A DNA stretch of 64,000 nucleotides from Isurus oxyrinchus (lineage: Eukaryota), in assembly GCA_026770705.1 (NCBI GenBank), contig JANJGN010001130.1:124001-188000 (forward strand). Reading direction: 5' to 3'. Below the pieces are notes generated by a model that saw only the letters and a program-made list of their open reading frames with translations, was not told the origin of the DNA and made no database searches. How positions within the stretch are numbered: position 1 is the stretch's first letter; each line of letters begins with the position of its first letter. The translations under genes were made by a program, and so were the position numbers. Below are positions 62,300 to 64,000 of the stretch, piece by piece.

Positions 62300-64000
62300 T
62301 GAGGCTGAGGATAAGGAAGATGAGGAGGGGGATGAGGAGGGGGATGAGGAGGAGGATGAGGAGGAGATGAGGAGGGAGATGAGGAGGGGGATGAGAAGGG
62401 GGATGAGGAGGGGGATGAGGAGGGAGATGAGGAGGGGATGAGGAGGGAGTTGAGGAGGGGGATGAGAAGGGAATGAGGAGGGGGATGAGGAGGGGATGAG
62501 GAGGGAGATGAGGAGGGGGATGAGGAGGGAGATGAGGAGGGGGATGAGAAGGGGGATGAGGAGGGGGATGAGGAGGGAGATGAGGAGGGGATGAGGAGTG
62601 GATAAGGAGGGGAGGGAGAGGGATGAGGAGGAAGATGAGGAGGGGGATGAGGAGGGAGATGAGGAGAGGGATGAGGAGGGGGATGAGGAGGGGATGAGGA
62701 GGGGACGAGGAAGGGGATGAGGAGGGAGATGAGGAGGGGGATGAGGAGGGGATGAGGAGGGGAGGGAGAGGGATGAGGAGGAAGATGAGGAGGGGGATGA
62801 GGAGGGAGATGAGGAGGGTGATGAGGAGGGGGATGAGGAGGGGGATGAGGAGGGGGATGAGGGGGGATGAGGAGGGGGATGAGGAGGTAGATGAGGCAGG
62901 GACGAGGAGGGGGAGGGGGAGCAGGAGGGGGATGAGGTTGGGGATGAGGTGGGGAATGAGGAGGGGGATGAGGAGCGGACGAGGAAGGGGATGAGGAGGG
63001 GGATGAGGAGCAGACGAGGAAGGGGATGAGGAGGGGGATGAGGAGGGGATGAGGAGGGGAGCAAGGGAGGATGAGGAGGAAGATGAGGAGAGGGATGAGA
63101 GGGGGATGAGGAAGGGATGAGGTGGGAGATGAGGAGGGGAAGAGGAGGAGGATGAGGATGGGGATGAGGATGGGGATGAGGAGGGGGAAGGGGATGAGGA
63201 GGGGGATGAGGAGGGAGATGAGGCAGGGACGAGGAGGGGGAGGGGGAGCAGGAGGGGGATGAGGTTGGGGATGAGGTGGGGAATGAGGAGGGGGATGAGG
63301 AGCGGACGAGGAAGGGGATGAGGAGGGGGATGAGGAGCAGACGAGGAAGGGGATGAGGAGGGGGATGAGGAGGGGATGAGGAGGGGAGCAAGGGAGGATG
63401 AGGAGGAAGATGAGGAGAGGGATGAGAGGGGGATGAGGAAGGGATGAGGTGGGAGATGAGGAGGGGAAGAGGAGGAGGATGAGGATGGGGATGAGGATGG
63501 GGATGAGGAGGGGGAAGGGGATGAGGAGGGGGATGAGGAGGGAGATGAGGCAGGGACGAGGAGGGGGAGGGGGAGCAGGAGGGGGATGAGGTTGGGGATG
63601 AGGTGGGGAATGAGGAGGGGGATGAGGAGCAGACGAGGAAGGGGATGAGGAGGGGGATGAGGAGGGGATGAGGAGGGGAGCGAGGGAGGATGAGGAGGAA
63701 GATGAGGAGAGGGATGAGAGGGGGATGAGGAGGGGATGAGGTGGGAGATGAGGAGGGGGATGAGGAGGGGGATGAGGATGGGGATGAGGAGGGGGAAGGG
63801 GATGAGGAGGGGAATGAGGTGGGGGCTGAGGAGGGGGATGAGGAGGGGGTTGAGGATGAAGAGAGGGATGAGGAGGGGGATGAGGATGGGGATGAGGATG
63901 GGGATGAGGAGGGGGAGGGGGAAGGGGATGAGGACGGGATGAGGAGGGGGATGAGGAGGAGGATGAGGGGGGGTGAGGAGGGAGATGAGGAGGGGGATGA
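62300..64000. repeat. Purine-rich simple repeat (GGAGGGGGATGA)n with higher-order duplications
   Basis: Directly visible. Confidence 0.95.

Noticed and set aside
60012-63942. Long ORFs in the ORF track
   Set aside because: Artefacts of N runs and low-complexity repeats.

Overview
Vertebrate genomic DNA, most likely from a cartilaginous fish (inferred from the repeat landscape: 33-bp ACAGTGCAGCACTCCCTCAGTACTGACCCTCYG minisatellite, Penelope-type hammerhead repeats, CR1 LINEs). It holds a head-to-tail, + strand cluster of seven Siglec-like (CD33-related-type) Ig-superfamily gene units. The repeated module is: PU.1-like promoter, non-coding exon, 40-nt leader exon, V-set exon with the sialic-acid-binding Arg in GPYFFRIE, and a C2 exon. 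Exons were reconstructed by hand from splice sites and phases. Units 5 and 6 are intact activating-type receptors (L-V-C2-TM with an intramembrane Arg and a short tyrosine-free tail, 281 aa). Unit 7 is an intact inhibitory-type receptor (L-V-C2-31 aa linker-Ig-Ig-neutral TM, 596 aa). Its cytoplasmic exons are tandemly duplicated, giving two alternative tails: ITIM+ITSM, or ITSM with a broken ITIM. Units 1-4 are truncated or pseudogenised. The V domains of activating unit 5 and inhibitory unit 7 differ at only 5 residues, and shared insertions are discordant between the 5' and 3' halves of the genes. Together this points to a paired activating/inhibitory Siglec-like system under gene conversion and birth-and-death evolution. 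The rest of the window is LINE/LTR/MITE debris, N-masked sequence and a purine-rich simple repeat. Expression, ligands and novelty cannot be established from the sequence alone.
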